Shown piece after piece: positions 53,262 through 63,538 of a DNA stretch of 64,000 nucleotides (the stretch's first letter is position 1; every line of letters starts with the position of its first letter). Both the position numbers and the translations under genes were made by a program. The notes beneath the pieces were generated by a model that searched no databases, was not told the origin of the DNA, and saw only the letters and a list, made by a program, of their open reading frames with translations. This DNA comes from an uncultured Chitinophagaceae bacterium (GTDB taxonomy: Bacteria; Bacteroidota; Bacteroidia; Chitinophagales; Chitinophagaceae). Where the stretch lies: NCBI GenBank assembly GCA_937981995.1, contig CALJNC010000028.1:2444-66443 (forward strand), in the 5' to 3' direction.

Positions 53262-55733
53262 TTAGTTCCAAGAGTCTCGTTGAAAGTTGTAAAAACGAAT
53301 GCTAAATTTAAGTTGCAGTGGATTTTTAAATTGATTAGCATAGCTGGCTACTCCCCAAATGCCAAGGCGTAAAGGTTGCCTTAATATGGTTACTCTTTTT
53401 TCTAATCCTACAAAAGCTTCTACGTATCGTAAGTTTCGCTCTGGTGCTATTAATATTCCTGCTCCGGCAGATTCAAATAGTTTTAGTTTATGGAAGTGAG
53501 GGATTTTATTTAAAAGTGCTCCATTAAAAGAATGGACATAATGCCCTTCTAAAAAACCTTTAAATAAAGCAAATGTGCTATCCATGGCTTGGAATGAGTT
53601 CATTGGGTTAAAAAAGAATCCAGGGTTGCCTCGAGCAATAAACTTATAGTCTACCGGTTCCACATTTACTTCTTTTAAAAAATTACCATATTTTAAATTG
53701 TAGCGACTTATGCCAATCGTACCCAGGTTAACTTCTTGTCGTGCGCCAAATTCAATGTAGTCGTATTGAATAATGCTTTTAAGTATGCCCGGGATTCCTT
53801 TACGCCATTTTCCATAAAAGGTGGGGAAACGACTTCCAAGAATTACTTTTTCATAGGGTTCGCGAATATATTTTTGCTCAGGGGTGTATGATATTTCTAA
53901 CTCATTAAAAAATGCAGAGTAGTTTTCAAAGAAGATTGGTTTTTGTACTTCTCTTTCAAAAAATAAAGAATCAATCAAATTATTTATTTTAAGGTTGTGC
54001 ATACTTCTGCGATAGCCAAGTTCAACTGTATTGCGTATATATAAACCATTTGTCAACTCTCTTCTAAAGCCAATGGTCGCATTATCTTTTAAGTAATAAT
54101 TTACACGACTAATTAAATTTACAGCAGCATCATTCCAAAAAAGATTGGCAGTGCTCCTGCCTATATCAAAACTTACGGAGCTTCTTGAAAAAGGATCAAA
54201 TAGATAACTGCCTACTACGCTTCCTCTAATATCTTTATTCCATGGGCCGTAATTAATCTTAGGCGAAAAGTTTAATCGTTTTTTGTCTTTATACTTTTTA
54301 CTATAGTTAAACCAGCCTCCATATCTAGGCCCGCCAATCGCAATAGGATTCCAAAGTTGTACTAAAGAAGGGAAACGCATATAGCGTTCCTTACGCCAAT
54401 TTTCAGATGCTTGTCCGTGCCACAGAACGTTTAAGATTCTAATTTTATTATGATCTGCTTCTATACTGTCTCTGTATTTATCGCTGTTTGTTATTTCAAA
54501 AAGGCTGTCTCGCTTATGAATAATTTGAATTTCTTCAGTGGTTAAGGGTACTGGCCTTGTTTGATTCCAAAAATTAGAATCTCGCTCATAAGCTTCTATG
54601 CTAGTCGCACTTAGTTCTGTATTAAAGTGTTTTTTATTAAAAGTGGTATCGATATTATACTTGCTAAATTGTACAAAAGAATGACCTTGTTTTTTGGCAC
54701 TTGTAAGGTAGTTGAAATCATAGCTCAACGGCAGCCAAGCCTTATTGTTTATATGTTCATACTTAGCTTGTACTGTAAATTTTTTATACTCGGGCGTTTG
54801 ATGATTGGGAAAGGATGCAGTTATTTCTTTTATTGCCCACGTATCGTCCTGTATCAATACTTCACCACGCAATAAGGCATTAGAAGTTGTAGAAGGTTTG
54901 AATTGTATACGATGATAAAATTTACCTTCATTAAAAAAGTACTCTTTGTACTTATAACGATAGGCCACTAAGCCACCGAAGCTAAAAGGGGATAGGAAGG
55001 CAGTTTTACCTAAAGCTCTAATTTGAATTAAATTGTCATAAAAATTAAAATCTCCCTCCGTGCAACTCAGGTAGAAAAAATTTGTTTTATTTCCTTTTAT
55101 GTTTACCCCTGTTCTTTTTTCTTTGATTTTGTTAGGGTATGATTTTGTTACTTCTAGGTATACTTCTGCAAATTCCTTAGTAGGGCTTTTTTTTATATCG
55201 CTTGTTTCAGCTTCTACGGATATAATGGGGTTCTTTTTCTTCTTCTTTATTTTTTTCTTTTCTTCTGCTGTTGCTTTTATGTATGCTTCAAAGCTGTAGC
55301 TACCGGCACCTTTTTGGAGTTCCTTTTTATTGGCTATTAGTTTTTTAATAATTTCTTTACTTCTGTCTTTTTTCTTTTTGGATATGACTACTGTCTTTAT
55401 TTCTTTATTAGATGCTTGTAAAACAAAACGTTTTTCAATTTTGCTTTTTCTTATTACAACAATTGATTTTAGGGTTTTGTGTCCTGAGCCGCTAAGTATC
55501 AATTCATATCGACCAGGAGGAAGCATTATGGTAAATTTTCCATCGGCATTGGTGCGTGTGCCCCGCTGTAATTCTTTTACGCGTACATTGATAAAGGGGA
55601 TAGGTTGGATTTGGCTGTTAACTACCGTGCCGCTTAATGGATAGGATTGTGCAGTAGCCAAAGCAGGCATAAACACAAATACTATGCATAAACATAGTAC
55701 TAGCTTTAATAGTTTGGGGTAGATAGTTCTCAC
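53262..55733 (-). CDS. Large outer-membrane-associated protein with an N-terminal carboxypeptidase-regulatory-like domain (DUF5686-like)
   Basis: Signal peptide. LSGTVVNSQ..PIPFINVRV...GTRTNADGKFTIMLPPGRYEL is CarboxypepD_reg-like. The long beta-rich remainder ends in an aromatic-rich C-terminus. GTG start. Confidence 0.7.
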   Translation of the reverse strand: MRTIYPKLLKLVLCLCIVFVFMPALATAQSYPLSGTVVNSQIQPIPFINVRVKELQRGTRTNADGKFTIMLPPGRYELILSGSGHKTLKSIVVIRKSKIEKRFVLQASNKEIKTVVISKKKKDRSKEIIKKLIANKKELQKGAGSYSFEAYIKATAEEKKKIKKKKKNPIISVEAETSDIKKSPTKEFAEVYLEVTKSYPNKIKEKRTGVNIKGNKTNFFYLSCTEGDFNFYDNLIQIRALGKTAFLSPFSFGGLVAYRYKYKEYFFNEGKFYHRIQFKPSTTSNALLRGEVLIQDDTWAIKEITASFPNHQTPEYKKFTVQAKYEHINNKAWLPLSYDFNYLTSAKKQGHSFVQFSKYNIDTTFNKKHFNTELSATSIEAYERDSNFWNQTRPVPLTTEEIQIIHKRDSLFEITNSDKYRDSIEADHNKIRILNVLWHGQASENWRKERYMRFPSLVQLWNPIAIGGPRYGGWFNYSKKYKDKKRLNFSPKINYGPWNKDIRGSVVGSYLFDPFSRSSVSFDIGRSTANLFWNDAAVNLISRVNYYLKDNATIGFRRELTNGLYIRNTVELGYRRSMHNLKINNLIDSLFFEREVQKPIFFENYSAFFNELEISYTPEQKYIREPYEKVILGSRFPTFYGKWRKGIPGILKSIIQYDYIEFGARQEVNLGTIGISRYNLKYGNFLKEVNVEPVDYKFIARGNPGFFFNPMNSFQAMDSTFALFKGFLEGHYVHSFNGALLNKIPHFHKLKLFESAGAGILIAPERNLRYVEAFVGLEKRVTILRQPLRLGIWGVASYANQFKNPLQLKFSIRFYNFQRDSWN

Positions 55734-55930
55734 GAACCAATAAAGTTATTTCATACTAGGCTAATGGGGTCCTAAAATTTGTATAAAAGGGGAATGGATG
55801 TGTTGGGCGGTAGGTGCTGAGATAACAAAGAAAGAAGTGCTCAAAAAATTAAAGGGAATCTAAATGTTTTGATTTAACGATTGCAGTGTAGGAGAACTTT
55901 GGTTAGTTATATTGCTAGCATCCTTATCAT

Positions 55931-57256
55931 TTATTTCCCATAATTATCATCCCAATCTTTTACTTGTGGGTTTCCTAGTTTGCCAAAACTTTTTCCTACA
56001 ATCATTGCTACCGTAGCATCGCCTGTTACATTAATGACCGTACGGCACATGTCTAATGGGCGGTCAACTGCAAAAATGAGGGCCAAGCCAATCGCTAATT
56101 TCTCTGCGGGTAAGCCTATACTTTCTAATACAATTACTAGCATAACCATGCCGGCACCTGGCACCGCTGCCGAGCCAATTGAGGCAAGGGTAGCCGTAAG
56201 TACAATTGTAAGTTGCGCTCCTAATGTCAACGGAAAATCAAGTGCTTGGCAAATGAAAACAGCGGCCACCGCTTGATATAAACTGGTGCCATCCATATTA
56301 ATAGTTGCTCCTACTGGGCATACAAAACTAGTCACTTCTTTTTCTACGCCTAAGTGTTCCTCCACACGCTCCATAGTTACAGGTAAGGTAGCAGCAGATG
56401 ATGAGGTTGAGAATGCTAACAGTTGAGCAGGGCTAATTCCTTTAAGGAAAAAACCAATTGGTTTTTTGGTATACAAGCTAACTACTAATAAATACACGCC
56501 TACCATAAGTGCAAGTCCAAGGAGTACGGTGCCGGCGTATTTTAAAAGGTTAACTAATAGCGCGGGATCATCTGATGTTACAATTACATTAGCCAATAAG
56601 GCAAAAACTGCAAAGGGCGCCATAAGCATAATGACGTCTACCATTTTAAGTATAACCTCATTGAGACCATCAAAAAAGTTGTAGACAGGTTCAGCTTTTT
56701 TAGGTTCTACTAAAAGTAAACAAACACCAAAAAGAATAACAAAAAAGATAACCTGCAGCATGCTGCTATTATTGGATGCAGCACTAAAAATATTGTTGGG
56801 TACCATATCTACTAAAAAATCCAAGGGGCGACTTTCTATTTGTTTATGCGCTTCATCTATTTTTTTTGTTAGTCCTTCATTTTGTGAGAAGGTCTCCGTC
56901 ATTTTAGCAATCGTTTCTTTAGGTATGCCATTTCCAGGTTGTAGCATATTTACAACCAACAGCCCAATGGTAATAGCAATAACGGTAGTAGATAAATAAA
57001 TTAAAATGGTGCGTCCGCCCATTTTAGAAAACTTAGAAATATCTTTTAACTCTCCAATTCCTTTTATTAAGGAAGCAATAATTAATGGGATAGCAATAAG
57101 CTTTAAAAGATTTACAAAGATTTTACCTATGGGTGCTATCCAGTTTAGGATAAATTCTTTGGCGCCAAAATTGGCCATGATAAGTCCAAAAATTACACCA
57201 GTAAGCATACCAATTAATATTTGCCAATGCAGCGCTAGTTTTTTTCTTTTTGCCAT
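55931..57256 (-). CDS. Dicarboxylate/amino acid:cation symporter (DAACS/GltP family)
   Basis: Polytopic protein with SSSAATLP, GATINMDGT and DRPLDMCRT.NV.GD blocks. The ATG at 57256 is preferred over the TTG at 57265. Confidence 0.9.
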   Translation of the reverse strand: MAKRKKLALHWQILIGMLTGVIFGLIMANFGAKEFILNWIAPIGKIFVNLLKLIAIPLIIASLIKGIGELKDISKFSKMGGRTILIYLSTTVIAITIGLLVVNMLQPGNGIPKETIAKMTETFSQNEGLTKKIDEAHKQIESRPLDFLVDMVPNNIFSAASNNSSMLQVIFFVILFGVCLLLVEPKKAEPVYNFFDGLNEVILKMVDVIMLMAPFAVFALLANVIVTSDDPALLVNLLKYAGTVLLGLALMVGVYLLVVSLYTKKPIGFFLKGISPAQLLAFSTSSSAATLPVTMERVEEHLGVEKEVTSFVCPVGATINMDGTSLYQAVAAVFICQALDFPLTLGAQLTIVLTATLASIGSAAVPGAGMVMLVIVLESIGLPAEKLAIGLALIFAVDRPLDMCRTVINVTGDATVAMIVGKSFGKLGNPQVKDWDDNYGK

Positions 57257-57304
57257 TGGTCGCAAAATACATTTTTATTTGAATGCGAGTGTATAGATGG
57301 CAAT

Positions 57305-57338
57305 AAAAAAAACGCCACGCAATGCGTGGCGGTTTTTT
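57305..57338 (-). terminator. Rho-independent terminator after the DUF4476 gene (bidirectional geometry)
   Basis: cgccacgca/tgcgtggcg GC-rich stem flanked by A8 on the left and T6 on the right. Confidence 0.7.
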
Positions 57339-57356
57339 ATGAAAAATTATGTACGT

Positions 57357-58175
57357 TTATCTAATTCTATTTTTAAGGTAACGATTGAAGTCATCTCTGC
57401 TACTTGAAAAACTAAAACCATTGTTTATTCTAAAGTTGTTTTCTTTATCTACCACTTTATCATAAGCCATTTTAGCAACGTTTAATCTTGAACTTTCAAA
57501 GCTCATTGCTTTCATGATTTGAACTAATTGATTTGTGTTTAGGTGATTGTCTCTTACAGCCTGTTCAACAAGGCTCATACGATTACTTTCAAAACCAGCT
57601 TCTTCCATGCTTTGTAATAAACTATTAAAGCGTGCGCTGCTCATTCCTGATTTGTAATGTTCCCAATCATCTGTTTTATAATTGCGCTTGTACTGTCTGC
57701 GATTTTTGTCGCCGCCTTCATAATTATAATAGGTGTCTTCTTGTGGGTTCATTTGAATTTTGTCTTCCCAATTTTGCTTATCATAGTATCTGCTTCTGTA
57801 CCAGGTATTAGGCTCATTCCAGGGTCCATTATCATCTAGGCAGCAATCGGTTATAATATCTAATTTTTCATAATCATCAACCGTTACGTAATAAATTTTT
57901 CCGGGTCTTGTTCTTATTCTACCTTGATAAATCAAGCGTGCATTTCGTACACCATTTGTTCTGCGGTTTACTACATATACTTTTATGTTATGATTACGTG
58001 GAGGTAAATCTTTAAAAGTTAGTATTTTACTTACTTTATTGTAACGGCGACCATTTATTTCCATGGTAATGTTACGGCCTTCCATGTCTCTTACTTTTAG
58101 TAAGCTGCGCTCGCGTTGAGCAAATGTTGGTGCTGCAAATAACATTGCGAAAAGCACTAAAATTAATTTTTGCAT
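57357..58175 (-). CDS. DUF4476-like secreted protein
   Basis: Signal peptide. C-terminal repeats MSSARFNSLLQSMEEAGFESNRMSLVEQ / LVQIMKAMSFESSRLNVAKMAY are typical of DUF4476. Confidence 0.65.
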   Translation of the reverse strand: MQKLILVLFAMLFAAPTFAQRERSLLKVRDMEGRNITMEINGRRYNKVSKILTFKDLPPRNHNIKVYVVNRRTNGVRNARLIYQGRIRTRPGKIYYVTVDDYEKLDIITDCCLDDNGPWNEPNTWYRSRYYDKQNWEDKIQMNPQEDTYYNYEGGDKNRRQYKRNYKTDDWEHYKSGMSSARFNSLLQSMEEAGFESNRMSLVEQAVRDNHLNTNQLVQIMKAMSFESSRLNVAKMAYDKVVDKENNFRINNGFSFSSSRDDFNRYLKNRIR

Positions 58176-58258
58176 TATCCTATTGTTTTACGATTTAGGT
58201 TGGACGCTAATATACTATTATAGTTTAATACAGCCTTCAAAAAAATAAAGCCAATTCA

Positions 58259-58981
58259 TTATCTAAATAGGCAAGAAGCTAAAATTCCACAAGCCATAGC
58301 AGCATTTAAACTTTCGGCTTGGCCTTTATTGGGGATAGTTGTCATGTGATTTGCATTTTCTAACACTTCTTTGGATATTCCATTGGCCTCGTTTCCAATA
58401 ATTAAAATACCATGCTTTTTAAACTCTGTTTCATAGGCAGATGCTCCATTGAGTACGGCGGCATATTTAGGCAGTTTACTTGAAGCAAGAGATTCAATTA
58501 AATCAGCATAATGAACTTGAATATGAAAAATACTGCCCATACTAGCTTGTATTACCTTAGGATTATAAAGTTCCACACAGTCTTTGCTGCAAAGCAAATT
58601 TGCCCCAAACCAATCAGCAAGTCGTATAATCGTACCTAAATTGCCAGGGTCGCGTATGCTATCTAAGGCAATATAGTTTTTTTCTTGCCATACAAAATTG
58701 GTTTTTACGGGAGTGTTCACAATAGCTAATAATCCTTCAGGATTCTTTTGAAGGCTTATTTTGCTTAAGCCTGAGAGGCTAACTTCTGTTTTGTTTGTAA
58801 CAGTGTTTAGGCCTTCAAGCGTCTTATATTCTTGCGTATAGTATATATGCACCACCTCAAACTTTGATTTTAATAGTTCGGCTATGCTTTTTTTGCCTTC
58901 TACAATAAATTGTGCATGTTCTGTGCGGTATTTTTTAGTGCGTAATGCTGATATATGTTTAATTTGCGCTTTACTGAGCAT
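58259..58981 (-). CDS. TrmH/SpoU-family RNA 2'-O-methyltransferase
   Basis: MLSKAQIKHISALRTKKYR start, DSIRDPGNLGTIIRLADWFG, LIIGNEANGIS and ESLNAAMA motifs. The start at 58981 is preferred over 59014. Confidence 0.85.
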   Translation of the reverse strand: MLSKAQIKHISALRTKKYRTEHAQFIVEGKKSIAELLKSKFEVVHIYYTQEYKTLEGLNTVTNKTEVSLSGLSKISLQKNPEGLLAIVNTPVKTNFVWQEKNYIALDSIRDPGNLGTIIRLADWFGANLLCSKDCVELYNPKVIQASMGSIFHIQVHYADLIESLASSKLPKYAAVLNGASAYETEFKKHGILIIGNEANGISKEVLENANHMTTIPNKGQAESLNAAMACGILASCLFR

Positions 58982-58986
58982 ATATT

Positions 58987-61380
58987 TTGCAAAATAAACA
59001 TAGTTCCATATCAAAACGCCTAATTGGTGTACTTATCTTGTTGGTATGTATGGCATCGTCTTGTTCTTACAATAAATATCTTGATAAGGATGAATTGCTT
59101 TTGCGCAACAATGAAATTGTAATTAAAGATGGAAATGCGCCAATAGAAAATAAAGTTTCTCTGCGAGACGGGATGTATTCAATTATTAGGCAAAAGCCTA
59201 ATTCTCATTTAGGAGGCATTAGCAAGTTGCCTCGTTATAAACTTTGGCGTTATAATTTGCGTAATCAGTTTTATAAGGATAGTTCGCGGCACCAAAATAT
59301 AAGAGAGCGTAAAGTAGAACCACCGGTAATAGTCAACAAAACATTGACGCGCCTTACGGATACTGCCATGAAGCAATTTATGGTTAACAATGGTTACTAT
59401 TACTCAAGGATAAGCGACACTTTGCTGCAAGGTAAAAACCAAGAAGCAAAAATTGTATATACCGTGCGTCCAGGGAAGCAATATTTTGTAAATAAGATAG
59501 TGCATAATATAGAAGATGGTAGCTTGCGTGACTTGGTTAAAAAATCAGAAAATAAAAGCTTTGTAAAAAAAGGAAATGTTTTTAGAAATATTGATTTAGG
59601 GCAAGAGCGACAGCGTTTGTACGATTTGCTTCGCAATACGGGGTACTATGCTTTTAAAATAGAAAACATAAGTTTTGAGCCGGATACAATTGATCGCACA
59701 GGACTTATTGATTTAATAGATGATCCGATTGGAGTGCCTATTATAAATACCATGTCTAAGCCGCAAGATTCAGTGAATGTGGATATGAATTTTTTTCCTA
59801 CTAGGGACAGCGCGTTTGATAAGCGTTTTACAATGGATAGGGTATATGTAAAATATAAGGATCCATTTACTAACCAAAATGGTAATGAGATAAAGGAACA
59901 TATGTATAAGGATTTGATTTTTCAATACTATGAGCAATCTGTAAAGCCTGATATTATTTATCAAAACACTTTTATCCATCCCAATGACCTTTATGCTACA
60001 AAAAATATTGAAGCCACTTACAATAGATTAAATCAATTGAGCACCTTTCAATTTGTAGATATACGCTTTGAGCGAAATATGGATGGCGAAAATAAATTGG
60101 ATTGTTACATAGAGTTGACATTGTCAAAGAAGCGAGATGTGAAGTTAAATTTTGATGTAAGTAATGGTGAAGATTATCTTCTAGGTTTTGGTGGTGGAGT
60201 AAATTATAATAGTAAAAACCTATTGCGCGGAGCAAATAAACTAAACTTACAAGCGCAGTACACGGTTGAGTTTCGTCAAAAAAATACTGAGAAAATATCC
60301 GATGGTATATTACTCAATGCAAATAATTTTAGTACTTCTGCTAATTTTACGATGCCTAAGTTTTTCCTACCTTTTAAAATTAAAACATCCAAGTATAATA
60401 CACCTTTTACTATAGTAAGTTTAGCGCACAACAGAATTAATAGAGTAGGTTCTTTTAGGTTAAATAACTCCATTGCTAAATTGGCCTACAGTTGGAAAGA
60501 GACCAGTAGAAAAAGCTGGTTGGTTTCTCCTATATTTTTATCTTTAACTAATGTGCCTGACGATCAGTTGGGTGCTGATTTTAAGAAGCGAATTGCCGCA
60601 TCGCGTTACTTGCAAAATACATACGCAAATAATTTTATACAAGGAGAGAATTTTAGTTTTGAATATCGTTCTTCTTTAAATAATAATGTAAAACAGCTGC
60701 ATACATTTAGTGTAGGATTTGAAGAAGCTGGTTTGCTTATGCAAGGAGTAAATTCATTAACCCAGTTGATTGCTAATCAATCAATTTCTGATAATATAGC
60801 CCATTACGTGCGTGCCGATGTTGATTATAGATATTACCGTAGATCTGGAAATATTGAGTGGGCTTCACGTGCTATGGTAGGTATTGGAATCCCAACTTTT
60901 GGTGATATATCGCTTCCGTATGTAAAACAATACTCGCAAGGTGGTGCTTTTAGCAATAGAGGATGGCAGTTGCGTAATTTAGGGCCAGGTAGTACCTTAC
61001 CCGAAAGTGGTAGCGGCGTACAAATTATTGATCGTACTGGAGATTTGAAACTTGAGTTAAATACCGAGTTGCGTTTTCCGGTAGCCACTATTGGGATATT
61101 TGATTTAAAAGGAGCGGCCTTCGTTGATGGTGGGAATATTTGGTTATTTAAAGAAGACTCAACCAATGTGGGTGGTGAAATTCGCTTAAATAAACTTTGG
61201 AGTGATATTGCTATTAGTAGCGGCCTTGGATTACGATTAGATTTCTCATTTTTTGTATTTAGGGTAGATCATGCATGGCGATTAAAATATCCTTACATAA
61301 AAGAGAACAACGGCTGGGATTTTAACAGATTACGATTAAATGATGGCCAATGGAATGTAGCCATTGGTTATCCGTTCTAA
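58987..61380 (+). CDS. Omp85 (BamA/TamA) family outer-membrane protein
   Basis: Signal/lipobox region (LILLVCMASSC), POTRA-like N-terminal half and a C-terminal surface-antigen beta-barrel ending in IGYPF. TTG start, uncertain. Confidence 0.7.
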   Translation: MQNKHSSISKRLIGVLILLVCMASSCSYNKYLDKDELLLRNNEIVIKDGNAPIENKVSLRDGMYSIIRQKPNSHLGGISKLPRYKLWRYNLRNQFYKDSSRHQNIRERKVEPPVIVNKTLTRLTDTAMKQFMVNNGYYYSRISDTLLQGKNQEAKIVYTVRPGKQYFVNKIVHNIEDGSLRDLVKKSENKSFVKKGNVFRNIDLGQERQRLYDLLRNTGYYAFKIENISFEPDTIDRTGLIDLIDDPIGVPIINTMSKPQDSVNVDMNFFPTRDSAFDKRFTMDRVYVKYKDPFTNQNGNEIKEHMYKDLIFQYYEQSVKPDIIYQNTFIHPNDLYATKNIEATYNRLNQLSTFQFVDIRFERNMDGENKLDCYIELTLSKKRDVKLNFDVSNGEDYLLGFGGGVNYNSKNLLRGANKLNLQAQYTVEFRQKNTEKISDGILLNANNFSTSANFTMPKFFLPFKIKTSKYNTPFTIVSLAHNRINRVGSFRLNNSIAKLAYSWKETSRKSWLVSPIFLSLTNVPDDQLGADFKKRIAASRYLQNTYANNFIQGENFSFEYRSSLNNNVKQLHTFSVGFEEAGLLMQGVNSLTQLIANQSISDNIAHYVRADVDYRYYRRSGNIEWASRAMVGIGIPTFGDISLPYVKQYSQGGAFSNRGWQLRNLGPGSTLPESGSGVQIIDRTGDLKLELNTELRFPVATIGIFDLKGAAFVDGGNIWLFKEDSTNVGGEIRLNKLWSDIAISSGLGLRLDFSFFVFRVDHAWRLKYPYIKENNGWDFNRLRLNDGQWNVAIGYPF

Positions 61381-61385
61381 AAAAA

Positions 61386-61393
61386 TATATTTG
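61386..61393 (+). promoter_or_regulatory. Bacteroidota-type -7 promoter box (TAnnTTTG)
   Basis: TATATTTG, 12 nt upstream of the ATG at 61406. Confidence 0.4.
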
Positions 61394-61405
61394 CAACATT
61401 AAATT

Positions 61406-62383
61406 ATGAAAAACGTACACGATAATATTTTAAGCACCATAGGCAACACGCCCTTAATTAAGTTAAACCATGTGGTAAAAGATTTACCTTGTAATGTATA
61501 TGCCAAGGTAGAATATTTTAATCCTGGCAATAGTATCAAGGATCGCTTAGCTGTGCACTTAATTAAGGTTGCAGAAAAAAGGGGAGTGCTTAAACCAGGT
61601 GGTACGATTGTAGAATGTACAAGTGGTAATACAGGTATGGGATTAGCCTTGGCAGCAAGCCAAATGGGTTATAAATGTGTATTCACTATGGCTAGTAAAA
61701 TGAGTCAAGCGAAGGTTGATATTTTACGTGCTTTGGGTGCTGAGGTACATGTATGTCCAACGGATGTACCAGCAGATGACCCACGCTCTTATTATAAAGT
61801 AGCTGCGCGCATTGCAGAGGAGCGCGGAGGGTGGTTGCCAGATCAGTATAATAATTTAGCCAATCGAGAGGCTCATTATTTAAGTACAGGTCCTGAGTTA
61901 TGGGAGCAAACTGAAGGTAAGATTACGCACTATGTAGTAGCTACTGGTACAGGTGGAACCTTAGTAGGAACGAGTCAATATCTAAAAGAGCAAAACCCAA
62001 ACATTAAAGCAATTGCAGCAGATCCTAAAGGCAGTATATTAAAACATTGGCATGAAACAGGTGAGATTGATGAATCCCTAGCTGGTGTATATATGGTAGA
62101 AGGTGCAGGAGAGGATTTTGTACCCAAAAATTATGATGCAAAATACATTGATCAATTTGTAGAAGTGACAGATACGGAAGCTTTGAATTGTGGAAGAGAT
62201 ATTGCAAGATTAGAAGGTTTGTTTTGTGGATCAACAAGTGGTTGTGCTTTACAAGCTGTTTTAAAAACCAAAGATCAATTTAAGCCAGATGATTTTGTAG
62301 TTGTTGTATTTCATGATCATGGAAGCCGCTACGTAGATAAGATGTACAATGATGATTGGATGAAGGAAAAAGGTTTCATGTAA
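61406..62383 (+). CDS. PLP-dependent cysteine synthase / cystathionine beta-synthase-family enzyme
   Basis: NPGNSIKDR (PLP lysine), TSGNTG and GTGGT blocks; 325 aa. Confidence 0.85.
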   Translation: MKNVHDNILSTIGNTPLIKLNHVVKDLPCNVYAKVEYFNPGNSIKDRLAVHLIKVAEKRGVLKPGGTIVECTSGNTGMGLALAASQMGYKCVFTMASKMSQAKVDILRALGAEVHVCPTDVPADDPRSYYKVAARIAEERGGWLPDQYNNLANREAHYLSTGPELWEQTEGKITHYVVATGTGGTLVGTSQYLKEQNPNIKAIAADPKGSILKHWHETGEIDESLAGVYMVEGAGEDFVPKNYDAKYIDQFVEVTDTEALNCGRDIARLEGLFCGSTSGCALQAVLKTKDQFKPDDFVVVVFHDHGSRYVDKMYNDDWMKEKGFM

Positions 62384-62386
62384 ATT

Positions 62387-62749
62387 ATGAAAATAAACAC
62401 CAACATAATTTTTTATGGCATTTTGATTTTTCATGTGCTATGGTCTTTATTTTCTTTTTATTCTTTATTCTCTGATTTTACTGCTTGGACTTCGTTTCAT
62501 TTTATACCTTTTATATTACTAGCCTTCACATTAGTTTGGTATGGAGCGTGCCGTAAGAATTATATTTTTGGTTTAATGTATATCGGTTTAGTTATGATTG
62601 AATTTTTAAGTCGCGCTGCCTTTAGAGGAAGTTCTTGGGTTGAAAACGTTGTGGAACGCCTCATGTTTCCGGTAGATTTATTATTTGTTGCGGCTCTGTT
62701 GCTTTTGTTTAAAAAGCATTTTGGCATATTAAAAAGAGAATCTAAATAA
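62387..62749 (+). CDS. Small three- or four-TM membrane protein (hypothetical)
   Basis: Hydrophobic 120-aa ORF, tightly coupled (3-nt gap) to the upstream gene. Confidence 0.45.
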   Translation: MKINTNIIFYGILIFHVLWSLFSFYSLFSDFTAWTSFHFIPFILLAFTLVWYGACRKNYIFGLMYIGLVMIEFLSRAAFRGSSWVENVVERLMFPVDLLFVAALLLLFKKHFGILKRESK

Positions 62750-62758
62750 TAACTAGCC

Positions 62759-63538
62759 ATGCAGTTCACAGATCAAATTGGGCATGTTATAAGCCTTAGT
62801 AAGCAACCACAAAGAATCATTTCAATCGTGCCTTCTCAAACGGAGTTACTATTTGATTTTGAATTAGAAAATGAAGTAATAGGTATAACTAAGTTTTGTA
62901 TCCATCCCAAGAAATGGTTTGATACTAAAGAAAGAATTGGAGGTACTAAAACTTTAAACATTGAAAAGATTAGGTCTCTTAAACCTGACTTAATTATTGC
63001 CAATAAAGAAGAAAATACCAAAGAGCAAATAGAATTATTGCAAAGTGAATTCAATGTATGGACAAGCGATATACATAATTTAGATACTGCAATTGATATG
63101 ATTGATCAGTTAGGGGTTTTAACAAATTGTATACCTAAGGCGCAGCAACTTATCCATGGTATATTTGAATCTCAGGGTGAAATTAAATCAAATAGTAAAA
63201 GCGTGTTGTATAGTATTTGGCATGAGCCTTTTATGGTTGCTGGTTCTGATACGTTTATAAGTGACATGTTATCTGCTGCTGGTTTTGAGAATGTAGTTAC
63301 GAAGGGCCGTTACCCTGAATTATCGGCTCAAAAAGTAAAAGAGCTCCAACCTGATTTTATCTTTCTTTCTTCTGAGCCATTTCCTTTTAAAGAAAAGCAG
63401 CGGTTAGATTATCAAAAACAATTTCCTGATAGCAAAGTGGTTTTGGTTGATGGCGAATTATTTAGTTGGTATGGTAGTCGTTTACTCAAGAGCTTTGATT
63501 ATTTTCGAGAGCTAAATGAAAGCTTGGCTCAATCATAG
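62759..63538 (+). CDS. BtuF-like (helical-backbone, class III) periplasmic-binding-protein-fold protein with no visible signal peptide
   Basis: PQRIISIVPSQTELLF, GITKFC, LKPDLIIANKEEN and PDFIFLSSEPFPF blocks. Confidence 0.65.
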   Translation: MQFTDQIGHVISLSKQPQRIISIVPSQTELLFDFELENEVIGITKFCIHPKKWFDTKERIGGTKTLNIEKIRSLKPDLIIANKEENTKEQIELLQSEFNVWTSDIHNLDTAIDMIDQLGVLTNCIPKAQQLIHGIFESQGEIKSNSKSVLYSIWHEPFMVAGSDTFISDMLSAAGFENVVTKGRYPELSAQKVKELQPDFIFLSSEPFPFKEKQRLDYQKQFPDSKVVLVDGELFSWYGSRLLKSFDYFRELNESLAQS

